DNA of 64,000 nt from an uncultured Actinomycetes bacterium (GCA_963725665.1 CAVRZA010000006.1:96001-160000), one strand, 5' to 3'; shown: positions 10,199-19,769, numbered from the stretch's first letter. Notes: a model not told the origin generated them from the letters alone. Numbers and translations: made by a program.

Positions 10199-11037
10199 TG
10201 GGCAAGGTCCTCGTCATCGATCTGGACATCTGCAACGGCTGCTACAACTGCCAGGTGGCCTGCAAGGACGAGCACGTGGGCAACGACTGGTCGCCCATCG
10301 CCAAGCCGCAGCCCGACACGGGCCAGTTCTGGACCAAGGTGCACGACAAGGTGCGCGGCCAGGTGCCCAAGGTCAAGGTCACCTACATGCACAGCATCTG
10401 CCAGCACTGTGACGACGCGCCCTGCATCCCGGCGTGTAACGTGAACGCCATCTACAGGCGCGACGACGGGGCCGTGATCATCGACCCCGACAAGTGTCGC
10501 GGCAACCAGCTCTGCATCTCGGCGTGCCCGTATGAGGACGTGATCTACTTCAACGACTCGCTGAACATCGCCCAGAAGTGCACCTTCTGCGCGCACCTGC
10601 TGGACGACGGCTGGAGCGAGCCGCGCTGCGTCGATGCCTGCCCGACCGGGGCCTTCACCTTCGGCGAGGAAGAAGACCTGGCCGAGCTGATCGCGAAGGC
10701 CGAGCCGCTCAAGCCGGGGCTCGACGTGAAGCCGCGCGTCTACTACATCGGTCTGCCCAAGCGCTTCATCGCCGGCGCCGTGTTCGACTCGGAAGCCGAC
10801 GAGTGCACGGAGGGCGCCACTGTGACGCTGACGGATGCCGCCACCGGCAAGTCGCTCACTGCGACGACCGACGGCTACGGAGACTTCTGGTTCCACCAGG
10901 TGGAGCCGGCCGTCTACACGGTCCTCGTGGAGAAGAACGGCTACCTCGCCGAGAAGCTGGGGCCGGTCGACGCCACTCAGATCGACGTCAACGTCGGCGA
11001 CATGGCCGTCTGGAAGGCGGCCGCGGCCGGCGCCTGA
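10198..11037 (+). CDS. Fe-S beta subunit with C-terminal beta-sandwich (carboxypeptidase-regulatory-like) domain
   Basis: MGKVLVIDLDICNGCYNCQVACKDEH, CQHCDDAPCIPAC, CTFCAHLLD...CVDACP, KPRVYY, TDGYGDFWF. Start overlaps the stop of the upstream gene (TGATG). Confidence 0.92.
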   Translation: MGKVLVIDLDICNGCYNCQVACKDEHVGNDWSPIAKPQPDTGQFWTKVHDKVRGQVPKVKVTYMHSICQHCDDAPCIPACNVNAIYRRDDGAVIIDPDKCRGNQLCISACPYEDVIYFNDSLNIAQKCTFCAHLLDDGWSEPRCVDACPTGAFTFGEEEDLAELIAKAEPLKPGLDVKPRVYYIGLPKRFIAGAVFDSEADECTEGATVTLTDAATGKSLTATTDGYGDFWFHQVEPAVYTVLVEKNGYLAEKLGPVDATQIDVNVGDMAVWKAAAAGA

Positions 11038-11065
11038 ACGGCGTAGCAGAGAAGCGAAGCGGCAA

Positions 11066-11099
11066 GAGAAGGGCCGGCCCGAACGGGCCGGCCCTTCTC
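11066..11099 (+). terminator. Intrinsic terminator hairpin
   Basis: GAGAAGGGCCGGCCC-GAAC-GGGCCGGCCCTTCTC, a perfect 15-bp stem right after the operon. Confidence 0.75.
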
Positions 11100-11130
11100 A
11101 AGTCGACCACGGCACTCAACGGGGAACGGG

Positions 11131-11226
11131 ATGGAAGCTGGCTACGATGCGCGTGAAGTCGTCACGGCGCTGGCCGAGCACGAAGAGGCGCTGAGCGCCC
11201 TCTACTCGGCCTACGCGACGCAGTAA
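11131..11226 (+). pseudogene. 31-aa fragment resembling the N-terminal helix of a ferritin/rubrerythrin-like protein
   Basis: MEAGYDAREVVTALAEHEEALSALYSAYATQ*. Coding-like codon usage and an E-x6-LY helix pattern, ending abruptly before the MFS gene. Confidence 0.4.
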
Positions 11227-11237
11227 GTGACGAGCGC

Positions 11238-12479
11238 GTGAACGCACGTTCCGGATCACCTCTGCCGGAGGCCGGCGCGGCGCCGGCCGAGGGCCGGCGC
11301 CGCGCCGGCCTCGGCATGAGCGGCGGTCTCGTCGTCCTCTTCGCGGTCGCTACGGGGCTCTCGGTCGCCAACAACTACCTCGCGCAACCCCTGCTCGACA
11401 CGATCAGGCGTGACTTCGGTGTGTCGAGCGACGTCGCCGGGCTTATCGTCACTGCTGCCCAGGTGGGCTACGCCGCCGGCCTCGTGCTCCTCCTGCCGTT
11501 GGGCGACCTCTTCGAGCGGCGGCGCCTTGTGACGGGGCTCTCGGTGTGCACGGCAGGGTTTCTCACCGTCGCCGGCGCCGCCCCGTCGATCGGCATCCTG
11601 CTGCCGGCGGTGGCGCTCGTGGGGGTGACGTCGACAACGGCGCAGATACTCGTGCCGTTCGCCGCCAGCCTGGCGGCCGACGACGAGCGCGGGCGGGTGG
11701 TCGGCACGGTGATGAGCGGCCTCCTCCTCGGGATCCTCCTCGCGCGCACGGCGTCGGGGCTCGTGGCCGAGCTCGCCGGCTGGCGCGCGCCGTACTTCAT
11801 CGCTGCCGGGCTCATGCTGCTCCTGGCCGGCCTGCTGCGTTGGCGACTGCCGCGCTACCGGGAAGACGTACGGCTGAGCTACCCGCGACTCCTCGCCTCG
11901 ACCCTCGGCATGGCGCGCGACCAGCCCGTGCTGCGCCTGCGCACGCTCTACGGCGCCTTGGCGTTCGCCACCTTCAGCGTCGTGTGGACAAGCCTCGCTT
12001 TCCTGCTGGCCGGGCCGCGCTATGGGTACGGCGAAGGGACCATCGGCCTGTTCGGCCTCATGGGCGCGGCCGGGGCGGTGATGGCCATCGCCGCCGGGCG
12101 TCTGGCCGATCGAGGCTGGTCGCGCGCGGTCACCGGCGCGACCAGCCTCATCATGGTCTTCTCCTACCTTCTCATCTGGCTGGGTGGCGCCGGCAGGTTG
12201 TGGCCGCTCATCGCGGGTATCGTGCTCGTCGAGGTCGGCTCCAACGGCCTGCACATCACCAACCAGAGCGAGATCTATCGCCTCGATCCCGAGGCGCGCA
12301 GCCGCATCAACGCCGTCTACATGACCGGCTGCTTCACCGGCGCCGCCGTCGGCTCCTCGTCCTCGGCATTCGTCTTCGCGCGCTGGGGCTGGTCGGGACT
12401 CTCGCTGCTCGGAGCCGCTTTCGCGCTAGCCGCGACGATCCTCTGGGTGGGAAGTGACAGACTTCCACGTAGGGCCTGA
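11238..12479 (+). CDS. MFS transporter
   Basis: About 12 hydrophobic segments; ANNYLAQPLL, LGDLFERRRL, GRVVGTVMSGLLLGILLART, GRLADRG. Confidence 0.9.
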   Translation: MNARSGSPLPEAGAAPAEGRRRAGLGMSGGLVVLFAVATGLSVANNYLAQPLLDTIRRDFGVSSDVAGLIVTAAQVGYAAGLVLLLPLGDLFERRRLVTGLSVCTAGFLTVAGAAPSIGILLPAVALVGVTSTTAQILVPFAASLAADDERGRVVGTVMSGLLLGILLARTASGLVAELAGWRAPYFIAAGLMLLLAGLLRWRLPRYREDVRLSYPRLLASTLGMARDQPVLRLRTLYGALAFATFSVVWTSLAFLLAGPRYGYGEGTIGLFGLMGAAGAVMAIAAGRLADRGWSRAVTGATSLIMVFSYLLIWLGGAGRLWPLIAGIVLVEVGSNGLHITNQSEIYRLDPEARSRINAVYMTGCFTGAAVGSSSSAFVFARWGWSGLSLLGAAFALAATILWVGSDRLPRRA

Positions 12480-12535
12480 TCCCCTGCGCCGCAGCGCTCG
12501 GCGGACGTCTCCCGGCCGCTCGAGGTCGGGGCCAC

Positions 12536-13954
12536 TCACGGTCCTTCGAGCCTGAGCTCGCGCCCCTTGGCGACCAGCCTGTCGAGCTCCAGCAACGCGT
12601 CGGGGGCGGGCGCGTAGGCCCGCTCACCCGCACGCAGCTGCTCCGTCTTGGCGGCGGCGCGTCGCAACAGCGACGACGCGCCGCCGCCCACCCAGGCGTC
12701 GTGCGACTGTTGATCGATCAGCTCGGGCAGGAAGAAGTCTCTGTAGTGCACGCGCGAGTACTTGCGCGAAAGGTGCGTGCCGCCAGGACCGACCGCGGCT
12801 ATCTCCGCGACTGCCAGTGACTCCTCGTCGATGGTCACGCCGCGCAGGTAGGCTTTCACCCAGCGCACCAGTTCGTCCATGAGGACGACCGACTCATACG
12901 ACGAAGCGGTCCCCGAGGCGACGTAGCCGAGGTCGTGGAGCAGGGTGACGCCGGCGAGGGCGGCGGTGAGCAGCGTCATCCCCGACTCGAAGGCCCATTG
13001 CTCGTCGAGCATCTCCGCATCCGAGCAGCCGCCGTAGCCGAACGTGGGCAGACCGTAGTGGGCCGCCAGGTCGGCGGAGGCCTGCTGCGCCGCCATCGAC
13101 TCGGGCGCCGCGTACACGACCACGGCAGTGCGCAGGTTCATGGCGCCCTGGCTGACGCCGTACACGTACGGGGCGCCCGGCCGGGCCACCTGGCTGATGA
13201 CGAGGCCGCTGAGCATCTCGGCGTTGGTGACGACGAGGAAGGCCGCCGGTGACGCCGGCGCGTTCGCGCCCTGCAGCAGCGCCGTGGCGTACACCATGGG
13301 CACGTCGAGCTCTGCGCAGCGAACCAAGCGGTCGGCCGACCCGTGGCCGTGCACCAGCGGCGGCGTCGGCATGGCGTAGACGGCCCAGCTGTCCTCGGCG
13401 CCACAGACCGCCGCCATCTCCTTGAAAAGCTCGAGATCGTCGGCGTGCTCGGGGACCATGATGAGGGGCTTGGACGTGCCGCGCAGCATGGCGGCGAACT
13501 GCGCGATCGGCGCATAGCGAGGATCGAGCTCGTGCGGATGCGCCATCGACATCACGAAATCGATGTTGGGCAGCATCTCCTGCAGGGCCGCCATCTCCTC
13601 GACGTCGGCCAGCGTGGCAGGTCGTCTATCGCGGTCGTCCGGACCCAGCACGTGCAGGCAGTCGGAGCCGGTGCCGTAGTACGTGACGCCGGCGTGCAGG
13701 TCGAGGGGCTGCGCGGTCGAGCGTGACGTCAGCGCGACGCGTCGAGGAGCGGTCGCGAGGGCCAGATCGACGAGGCCGGACGGGATGCGCACGCGCGTGC
13801 CCTCCACCCGCGCGCCGGCCGCCGCCAGCAGCTCGAGGGTACGCTCGTGCTGCACCTCGACACCCGTCCCTGCGAGGATCTCGAGCGTCGCGGCGTGCAC
13901 CGCCTGGCAGGCGTCGTCGTCGAGCGCACGAGCGCGAACGGGACGGTGCGTCAC
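12536..13954 (-). CDS. MttB-family (trimethylamine methyltransferase superfamily) protein, non-pyrrolysine
   Basis: VHAATLEILAGTGV, RVRIPSGLV, TSKP, GANAPAS, NAEMLSG, YGLP..GGCSDA..DEQ, LLHDLG, VGPGGTHL. No in-frame TAG. GTG start at 13954; an RBS-bearing ATG at 14007 is out of frame (possible indel). Confidence 0.88.
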   Translation of the reverse strand: MTHRPVRARALDDDACQAVHAATLEILAGTGVEVQHERTLELLAAAGARVEGTRVRIPSGLVDLALATAPRRVALTSRSTAQPLDLHAGVTYYGTGSDCLHVLGPDDRDRRPATLADVEEMAALQEMLPNIDFVMSMAHPHELDPRYAPIAQFAAMLRGTSKPLIMVPEHADDLELFKEMAAVCGAEDSWAVYAMPTPPLVHGHGSADRLVRCAELDVPMVYATALLQGANAPASPAAFLVVTNAEMLSGLVISQVARPGAPYVYGVSQGAMNLRTAVVVYAAPESMAAQQASADLAAHYGLPTFGYGGCSDAEMLDEQWAFESGMTLLTAALAGVTLLHDLGYVASGTASSYESVVLMDELVRWVKAYLRGVTIDEESLAVAEIAAVGPGGTHLSRKYSRVHYRDFFLPELIDQQSHDAWVGGGASSLLRRAAAKTEQLRAGERAYAPAPDALLELDRLVAKGRELRLEGP

Positions 13955-14075
13955 GGCTTGACGCGAGCACGCGAGGCGCGCATCGACGGGGCGGCACTGT
14001 GGGTCATGGCCTCTCCTTCGCGGTGAACTCGAGGGGATTCTACAGAACGGCCCCGGGACGCGTTCAGCCGCTAGG

Positions 14076-15230
14076 TCACGTCCCCGCCGCCAGCAACGCC
14101 AAGTAGCGATCGTAGGCGTAGACGCGGTTGCGCTTCTTCCCCGTGACCTCAGAGGCGACACCGAGGCGCACAAGCTCGTCCATGCCGGTCGAGGCCGCCG
14201 GGAATGAGAGGCCGGAGCGCGCGGCCGCATCGCCCAGCGTCAGCAGCGGACGCGCTTTGAAGGCATCATGGACCCTGAGTGGCGAGCCGGCTCTACGTCC
14301 CATCGCCTGGATCCGCCGGCGGTCGTCGTCGAAGAGTCGCGACAGGTCGCGAGCGGTCGCAACCGCCCCATCGGCGGTGTCAGCCACGCCTTCGAGAAAG
14401 AACGTAAGCCAAGCTTCCCAGTCGCCCTCGAGCCGCGCCAGGTCGAGCAGCCGGTAATACTCGTCGCGGTGCTGCTTGAGGAAGAGGCTGAGGTAGAGAA
14501 GCGGCTCGCGCACCAGCCCGTAGTCGCAAAGCAGCAGCGTGATCAACAGCCGGCCGACACGCCCGTTGCCGTCGAGGAAGGGGTGGATCGTTTCAAACTG
14601 CGCGTGAGCAAGGCCGGCCTTGATGAGCTTCGGAATACCGAGCGCATCGTCGTGGATGAACCGCTCCAGATCGGCGACGCCCGCCGCGACCTCAGTGTAC
14701 GGAGGTGGCACGAAGTGGGCGTTGCCGGGTCGGGTCCCACCGATCCAGTTCTGCGAGCGGCGGAACTCGCCCCGCTGCTTGTCACTGCCGCGTCCTCGCG
14801 CAAGCAGCGCACCGTGCAGCTCGCGCATCAGACGCGCGCTCATCGGAAAGCCCCCGTGAAGACGGGCGAGACCATGTTCGAGGGCCGCAACGTAGCCGCT
14901 GACCTCGACAACATCGTCAATCGGGGCACCCGGCGCCTGTTCCATCTCGAAGAGCAGCAGGTCGGAGAGCGACGACTGTGTGCCCTCGATCTGAGACGAG
15001 AGGACTGCTTCTTTGCGGACGTAGGCGTAAAGGAACACCGCAGTGTCGGGCAGCAGGACCGACGTGCTGTCGAGTCGTCCGACGGCGAGGGCTGCACGCT
15101 CGAGCAGTCGCTGGAGCGCACCAGAGAGGTCGAGCGGGGGATCAGGCGGCAACGCCGAAGGGACGAACGCCTTTACCCGCTCACCGGCGGTCGTTGTGAC
15201 CTCGTACCTTCCCGTCAGTCCGCGGCGCAC
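14076..15230 (-). CDS. Fic family protein (N-terminal inhibitory motif, C-terminal wHTH)
   Basis: EAVLSSQIEGT, GEFRRSQNWIGG, HAQFETIHPFLDGNGRVGR, TGKKRNRVY. Confidence 0.93.
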   Translation of the reverse strand: MRRGLTGRYEVTTTAGERVKAFVPSALPPDPPLDLSGALQRLLERAALAVGRLDSTSVLLPDTAVFLYAYVRKEAVLSSQIEGTQSSLSDLLLFEMEQAPGAPIDDVVEVSGYVAALEHGLARLHGGFPMSARLMRELHGALLARGRGSDKQRGEFRRSQNWIGGTRPGNAHFVPPPYTEVAAGVADLERFIHDDALGIPKLIKAGLAHAQFETIHPFLDGNGRVGRLLITLLLCDYGLVREPLLYLSLFLKQHRDEYYRLLDLARLEGDWEAWLTFFLEGVADTADGAVATARDLSRLFDDDRRRIQAMGRRAGSPLRVHDAFKARPLLTLGDAAARSGLSFPAASTGMDELVRLGVASEVTGKKRNRVYAYDRYLALLAAGT

Positions 15231-15267
15231 CTTCCCTCCATTGCTCAGCGGAGTTGAATAGTGTCGA

Positions 15268-15304
15268 CTGCTATTAAGACTTTGCTGCGAAGTCTAAATA
15301 GCAG
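15268..15304. promoter_or_regulatory. AT-rich inverted repeat upstream of fic (candidate operator)
   Basis: CTGCTATTAAGACTT-N7-AAGTCTAAATAGCAG, 14/15 complementary. Confidence 0.5.
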
Positions 15305-15554
15305 CCACATGAAACGCAAACGGCGACACCTATGCCCGGACACCATCCGCGGCGCACCGGCCGGCAGGTTCCAGCGCGCCTGCTTGCTCGCGTTCGCAGA
15401 AAGTACTACCGCGGGTAGTGCCTTCTGCGCACGTGAGCACGCGGGGCCCAGGATCAGCGACTCACCACGGAGCTGTCGTTCTTGGCCACTATCCTTGCAG
15501 AATCCGGTAGGTTACTGGGCAAGAACGACAGTCGACGACCCGAAGGAAGCCCTC

Positions 15555-16136
15555 ATGGAGACCATCGTCACGCTCACCATCACCCTCGACGGTGTCAGGC
15601 CGCCGATCTGGCGCCGCCTTGAGGTGCCGGCCTCGAAACACCTCGGCGAGCTGCACAGCACGCTCAATGCCGCCATGGGTTGGGCAGACTACCACCTGCA
15701 CAAGTTCGAGGTCGGCGACCGTACGTACGGCGTGCCGGACCTCGACTTCTTCCCCGCGGACGACAAGACGCTGCCCGAGGAGAACGTCGTCCTGGGCGAT
15801 CTGGTGCGCGCCGGGGTCGAAGGCTTCGAGTACCACTACGACTTCGGCGACAACTGGCGCTGCAGTATCGTCCTCGAGGGATTCGGCCTTGGCGAGCATG
15901 GCGTCTTCTACCCGCGCTGCGCCGATGGTGGGCGCGCCGCTCCTCCGGAGGACTGCGGCGGTCTCTGGGGCTTCGAGGAGTTCAGGCGGGCCATGGCCGA
16001 CCCGCGGCACCCCGAGCACGACGACCTGACCGAGTGGCATGGCGGCGACTTCGACCCCGAGGAGTTCAGCGCCGACGAGGTCACGAAGCTGCTGCGGCAG
16101 GTCGCCACGGGCGAGATGCCCGAGGAATGGCGATAG
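15555..16136 (+). CDS. Plasmid pRiA4b ORF-3 (MM3350-like) family protein
   Basis: PPIWRRLEVP, LH..L...MGWADYHLHKF, YHYDFGDNW, PPEDCGGLWG, FDPEEF. RBS GAAGGAAG. Confidence 0.9.
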   Translation: METIVTLTITLDGVRPPIWRRLEVPASKHLGELHSTLNAAMGWADYHLHKFEVGDRTYGVPDLDFFPADDKTLPEENVVLGDLVRAGVEGFEYHYDFGDNWRCSIVLEGFGLGEHGVFYPRCADGGRAAPPEDCGGLWGFEEFRRAMADPRHPEHDDLTEWHGGDFDPEEFSADEVTKLLRQVATGEMPEEWR

Positions 16137-16254
16137 ATTCTGCACGTCGCGCTGCCGAGTGCCAAGCGGAGTCGAACGGCTACAGAGGGTACCATCCCGC
16201 GGTGACTCGAACAGCCAGCGATTGGCAAGGTGCCCCAAGGGAGGTGGTCGGCGG

Positions 16255-16300
16255 TGCGAGGGGCGGGCGGCCACGCTCGCGTGGCCGCCCGCCCCTCGCA
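16255..16300. terminator. Perfect 22-bp hairpin between convergent genes
   Basis: TGCGAGGGGCGGGCGGCCACGC-TC-GCGTGGCCGCCCGCCCCTCGCA. Confidence 0.7.
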
Positions 16301-16322
16301 GACTCTTGCTGCCGGCCGAGCC

Positions 16323-16709
16323 CTACTTCCAGATGTCGCGCGCCGGCGCGAAGACCACCGCGATGCGAAAGACCTCACCGCCCTGCACGCGGAAGTCGTG
16401 CACAGCACCGGCGGGCACGTAGAGGGCGTCCCCGGCCGCGACGTCGAAATCGTCGTCGCCCACCTTCGCCTTCGCGCGTCCCGAAAGGACGTAGAAGACG
16501 TGGTCCTCCTTCTCGTGCACGTCGTCGAGGGCCGCTCCCCTCGGGCTGGATCTCGGTGATGTGGAACTCGAGCTGCGCGCCCGGGCACGACTTGGGGTTC
16601 ACGAGCGGCCAGCCGCGGGTGACCTCGTGCTTGGGCGGGTCCTGCCTGAACTCGATGTCGCTGGTCGAAGACGCCCCCGCGCGGCTGTGGTTGTCGCCTC
16701 GTCTGCCAC
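16323..16709 (-). CDS. Cupin domain protein (two apparent frameshifts)
   Basis: RBS AAGGAG with GTG at 16709. Joined frames give ...LEFHITEIQPEG/..DVHEKEDHVFYVLSG...GDALYVPAGAVHDF (cupin motifs 1 and 2). Confidence 0.75.
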
Positions 16710-16742
16710 CTTACTCCTTTCGTCGACTCATCTTGAAGGCCT

Positions 16743-16781
16743 GGGACGGCGGCGGACGGCACTACCGCCCGCCGCCGTCCC
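16743..16781 (-). terminator. Intercistronic GC hairpin
   Basis: GGGACGGCGGCGG-N13-CCGCCGCCGTCCC between the dehydrogenase and cupin genes. Confidence 0.5.
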
Positions 16782-16790
16782 TTCGCTACC

Positions 16791-17915
16791 TCACGGCTCG
16801 AGCACGACCTTCATCGCGCCGTCGCGACGCTCGACGAAGGTCGTCAACGCCTCGCCGAACTGGTCGAGCGGGAAGGTGTGCGTGTGGATGCCCTTGGTCG
16901 TTACGGCGCCGTTGGCCATGAGGGCCAGCGCCGGCGCCGCGGTGTTGGGGTTGGCGCGCACGCCGAGCACGTCGAGCTCGGCCAGCGTCATCGGTCCCCA
17001 AGGCACCGTGATCTTGTCGGTCGGCAGACCCGCCATGACGATGCGGCCGGCCTTGCGCGTGCCGGCGATGGCCCAGTCGATGGCCTGCTGCGTTCCGGCG
17101 CACTCCACGGTGCAATCCGCACCCACACCGCCGGTCAGCTCCATGACCCTGGCGACCGGGTCGTCGACCTTCTCGTAGTCGACGGGCACGGCGCCCATGT
17201 CGGCGGCGAACTGCAGACGCGCCCCGCGACCCAGCACGATCACCATGCGGGCGCCCGAGGCGCGCGAGTACTGGAACGAGAACTGCCCCACGGCGCCGGG
17301 GCCGGTCACGAGCACGGCGTCGCCCGTGGTCACTCGTCCACGCTGCACGCCGTGCAGAGCCACGCCGGCCGAGTCGAGCATGGCGCCGTCGTAGTAGGTC
17401 AACCCCTCGGGCAGCGGCGTCGCCGACTTGACCGAGGTGACGATGTACTCGGCGTAGGCGCCCTGCGAGGTGAAGCCGTAGTGGCGGTGGCCGGAGGCGT
17501 TGTCGCCGTAGTTGAGGCACACGGTGTAGTGGCCGGTGAGGCAGTTCTGGCAGATGCCGCAGCCCTTGTGCGCCTCGCCGGCCACGCGCGTACCGACGGC
17601 GTACTTGGCGGCCACCTTGGCCGAGGCCTTCAGGTCCTCCGAGATGGCGACCACCTCGCCGGCCCACTCGTGCCCGATAACGGCGGGGAAGCTGGGCGGC
17701 CACATGCCGGGGAACTTGCCGGCGACGATCTTGGGATCGGTGCCGCAGATGGCCACCGCCTTGACGCGGCAGAGGACCTCGTCGCCCCTGGGTCGTGGTG
17801 TTGGCAACTCTTCGATGGTGAAGTCGTTCGGCCCGTGCAGGACGAGCGCCTTCATCGTCGCCGGGATGTCGGCGACGGCGGCCCCGGCCTGCGCGCTTGG
17901 TGCGGTCTCACTCAT
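16791..17915 (-). CDS. Zn-dependent medium-chain (polyol/cyclitol) dehydrogenase
   Basis: ICGTD, GHEWAG, structural Zn site CGICQNC...C, nucleotide fold GPGAVG. Confidence 0.9.
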   Translation of the reverse strand: MSETAPSAQAGAAVADIPATMKALVLHGPNDFTIEELPTPRPRGDEVLCRVKAVAICGTDPKIVAGKFPGMWPPSFPAVIGHEWAGEVVAISEDLKASAKVAAKYAVGTRVAGEAHKGCGICQNCLTGHYTVCLNYGDNASGHRHYGFTSQGAYAEYIVTSVKSATPLPEGLTYYDGAMLDSAGVALHGVQRGRVTTGDAVLVTGPGAVGQFSFQYSRASGARMVIVLGRGARLQFAADMGAVPVDYEKVDDPVARVMELTGGVGADCTVECAGTQQAIDWAIAGTRKAGRIVMAGLPTDKITVPWGPMTLAELDVLGVRANPNTAAPALALMANGAVTTKGIHTHTFPLDQFGEALTTFVERRDGAMKVVLEP

Positions 17916-17957
17916 ACCTCAGCCCTCTCGACTCGTTGCTGACGAAACGTGACGCGC

Positions 17958-18812
17958 TCACTGACGCACTGCTCCACTGGTTGCCTGCGGACGTGACGGG
18001 TTCATCGCTGCGGTGAACGACCGCGCCTGCTTGGCGGCGGCGCGATCGCTGGGCAGCGGCAGGATCTCCGCCGAGAGCCACCCGTGGTACTCGATCTCAG
18101 ACAACGCCGAGCACACCTCCTGGTAGTCGATGTGCCCGAAGCCGGGCGCGCGGCGGTTCGAGTCGACGACGTGAAAGTACCCCAGACCCTTGCCCACGGC
18201 CCGGATCGCGCTGCCGATGGAGAGCTCCTCGATGTTCATGTGGAAGGCGTCGAGCAGGATGCAGACGTTCGGCCGACCGATCCGAGCGACCGCCGCGAGC
18301 GTCTCGTCGGCGCGGTTCAGCAGCGCCGTCTCGTAGCGGTTGATGGCCTCGATGAGAAGGCTCGTGCCCACCTCCGCGGCGTGATCGGCGCACTCCTGCA
18401 TGCTCTCAACGAAGCGCGCCAGCGCCTGCCCATGGCCGTCGGGCGCGTCCCCACCGCGGCCCCGCGCGAGACCGACGATCACCGGCGCACCGAAGGCGGC
18501 CGCGTAGACGATCAGCTCGCGGACGCGCGCCACCGCGCGCGAGCGGCCGGCTTCGTCGGGATCGGTGAGCGAGAGGCCGTCCTGCAGGAAGATGCGCCCC
18601 GAGGCGACCGCCGCGAGCTCGAGGCGCGCCGAGCGCAGCAGCGCCTCGAGCTCGCGGCGGTCGAGCTCGTCGGGGCTGCGCATGCTGATCTCGATACCCT
18701 CGAAGCCAAGCTCGCGCGAGATCGCGATGCACTCCGCGACGCGTCCGGCGTAGAGCAGGGGCCCGAATCCGGTCGGCCCCGACGACGTCGCGACGCACGC
18801 CTTCCAGCTCAT
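17958..18812 (-). CDS. iolO: 5-keto-L-gluconate epimerase-like sugar epimerase (TIM barrel)
   Basis: DGLSLTDPD, VIVGLARG, IEAINRYET, LDAFHMNIEE, FHVVDSNRRAPGFGHID, SAEILPLP. Closely resembles recalled Thermotoga IolO. Confidence 0.78.
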   Translation of the reverse strand: MSWKACVATSSGPTGFGPLLYAGRVAECIAISRELGFEGIEISMRSPDELDRRELEALLRSARLELAAVASGRIFLQDGLSLTDPDEAGRSRAVARVRELIVYAAAFGAPVIVGLARGRGGDAPDGHGQALARFVESMQECADHAAEVGTSLLIEAINRYETALLNRADETLAAVARIGRPNVCILLDAFHMNIEELSIGSAIRAVGKGLGYFHVVDSNRRAPGFGHIDYQEVCSALSEIEYHGWLSAEILPLPSDRAAAKQARSFTAAMNPSRPQATSGAVRQ

Positions 18813-19729
18813 CGCGCGGCCTCGATGTCGGGGGCTCGTGGCAGGTCTGCACGCGAAGCGACCTCCGCGATCTTGCGCGCGTAGCCGAGGCGCCGCGAGA
18901 GCTCCTCGCCGGCGGCGCAGATCTTGGCGATGAGCTCGGGGAGCGCCTGGTCCGAGAAGCGCTGCTCGATGCCCGACAGGCTGACGGCCGCGATCACCTC
19001 ACCCGTCTCGTCGTGCACGGGCGCCCCGACCGCGCAGGCGTGGAGCGTCACGTCCTCGCGGCTCACCGCATAGCCGCGCTCGCGGATATGGCGCCGGTCG
19101 CGCGCGAGCTCCTCGCGCGTGGTCAGCGAGTGCCCGGTCATCGGCGTTACGTGGTGTGCGACGATCTCCTCCCAGTGCTCGTCGCACAGGTGCGCCAGGA
19201 GCACGCGCGGCGCGGCGCCGCAGTTGTACGACTGGCGCCGACCGACCTCGAGGAAGAGGATCCTCACCTCGTGGCTGCCGTCGACGCGCCGCACGCAGAG
19301 CGTCTCGTCACCCTCGGGCACCACGAGGTACGCCGTCTCCCTCGTCTCCTCGGCAAGCCGCTCGAGAAGGGGCTCCGCCTGCGTCGCCAGCTCCATCGAC
19401 TTGGAGACGATGCTGCCGAGCTCGAACACTTTGAGCCCGAGACGGTAGCGCGTGGTGCGGGCGTCGAGCTCGACCATCTCCTCCGACTGCAGTGCCGCGA
19501 GCAGACGGTGCGTCGTGCTCTTCGTCAGGCCGGCGCCAGCGGCGATCTCGGTCAGGGTGAGCTCGGGACGCTCGAGCGTGAACTGCTCGAGGATGCGCAC
19601 GCCGCGCGAGATGCTGCGCACAGGCGACTCGCCACGCGCCCGAGCACTCGCGACGGCACGCTCAGGCGACTCGCCTCGCGCTTGCGCGCGGGCGAGTCGC
19701 CCATCCTTGCTCTCTGCTGCAGGAGACAC
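18809..19729 (-). CDS. IclR family transcriptional regulator
   Basis: LTEIAAGAGLTKSTTHRLL HTH, YRLGLKVFELG, ETRET, RGYAV, VGAPV...AAVSLSG. Confidence 0.93.
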   Translation of the reverse strand: MSPAAESKDGRLARAQARGESPERAVASARARGESPVRSISRGVRILEQFTLERPELTLTEIAAGAGLTKSTTHRLLAALQSEEMVELDARTTRYRLGLKVFELGSIVSKSMELATQAEPLLERLAEETRETAYLVVPEGDETLCVRRVDGSHEVRILFLEVGRRQSYNCGAAPRVLLAHLCDEHWEEIVAHHVTPMTGHSLTTREELARDRRHIRERGYAVSREDVTLHACAVGAPVHDETGEVIAAVSLSGIEQRFSDQALPELIAKICAAGEELSRRLGYARKIAEVASRADLPRAPDIEAAR

Positions 19730-19769
19730 CTATGCCTCCCGTCGCGCCGTCCCGACCGCCCGCCGGCCG

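Noticed and set aside
12536-13954. Pyrrolysine use in MttB
   Set aside because: No in-frame TAG and no pyl genes in the window.
15555-16136. pRiA4b ORF-3 gene as evidence of an IS or plasmid
   Set aside because: No transposase, terminal repeats or replication genes nearby.
19620-19700. Short duplicated ARGESP peptide at the IclR N-terminus
   Set aside because: A two-copy local duplication in a probably disordered extension; no functional evidence.
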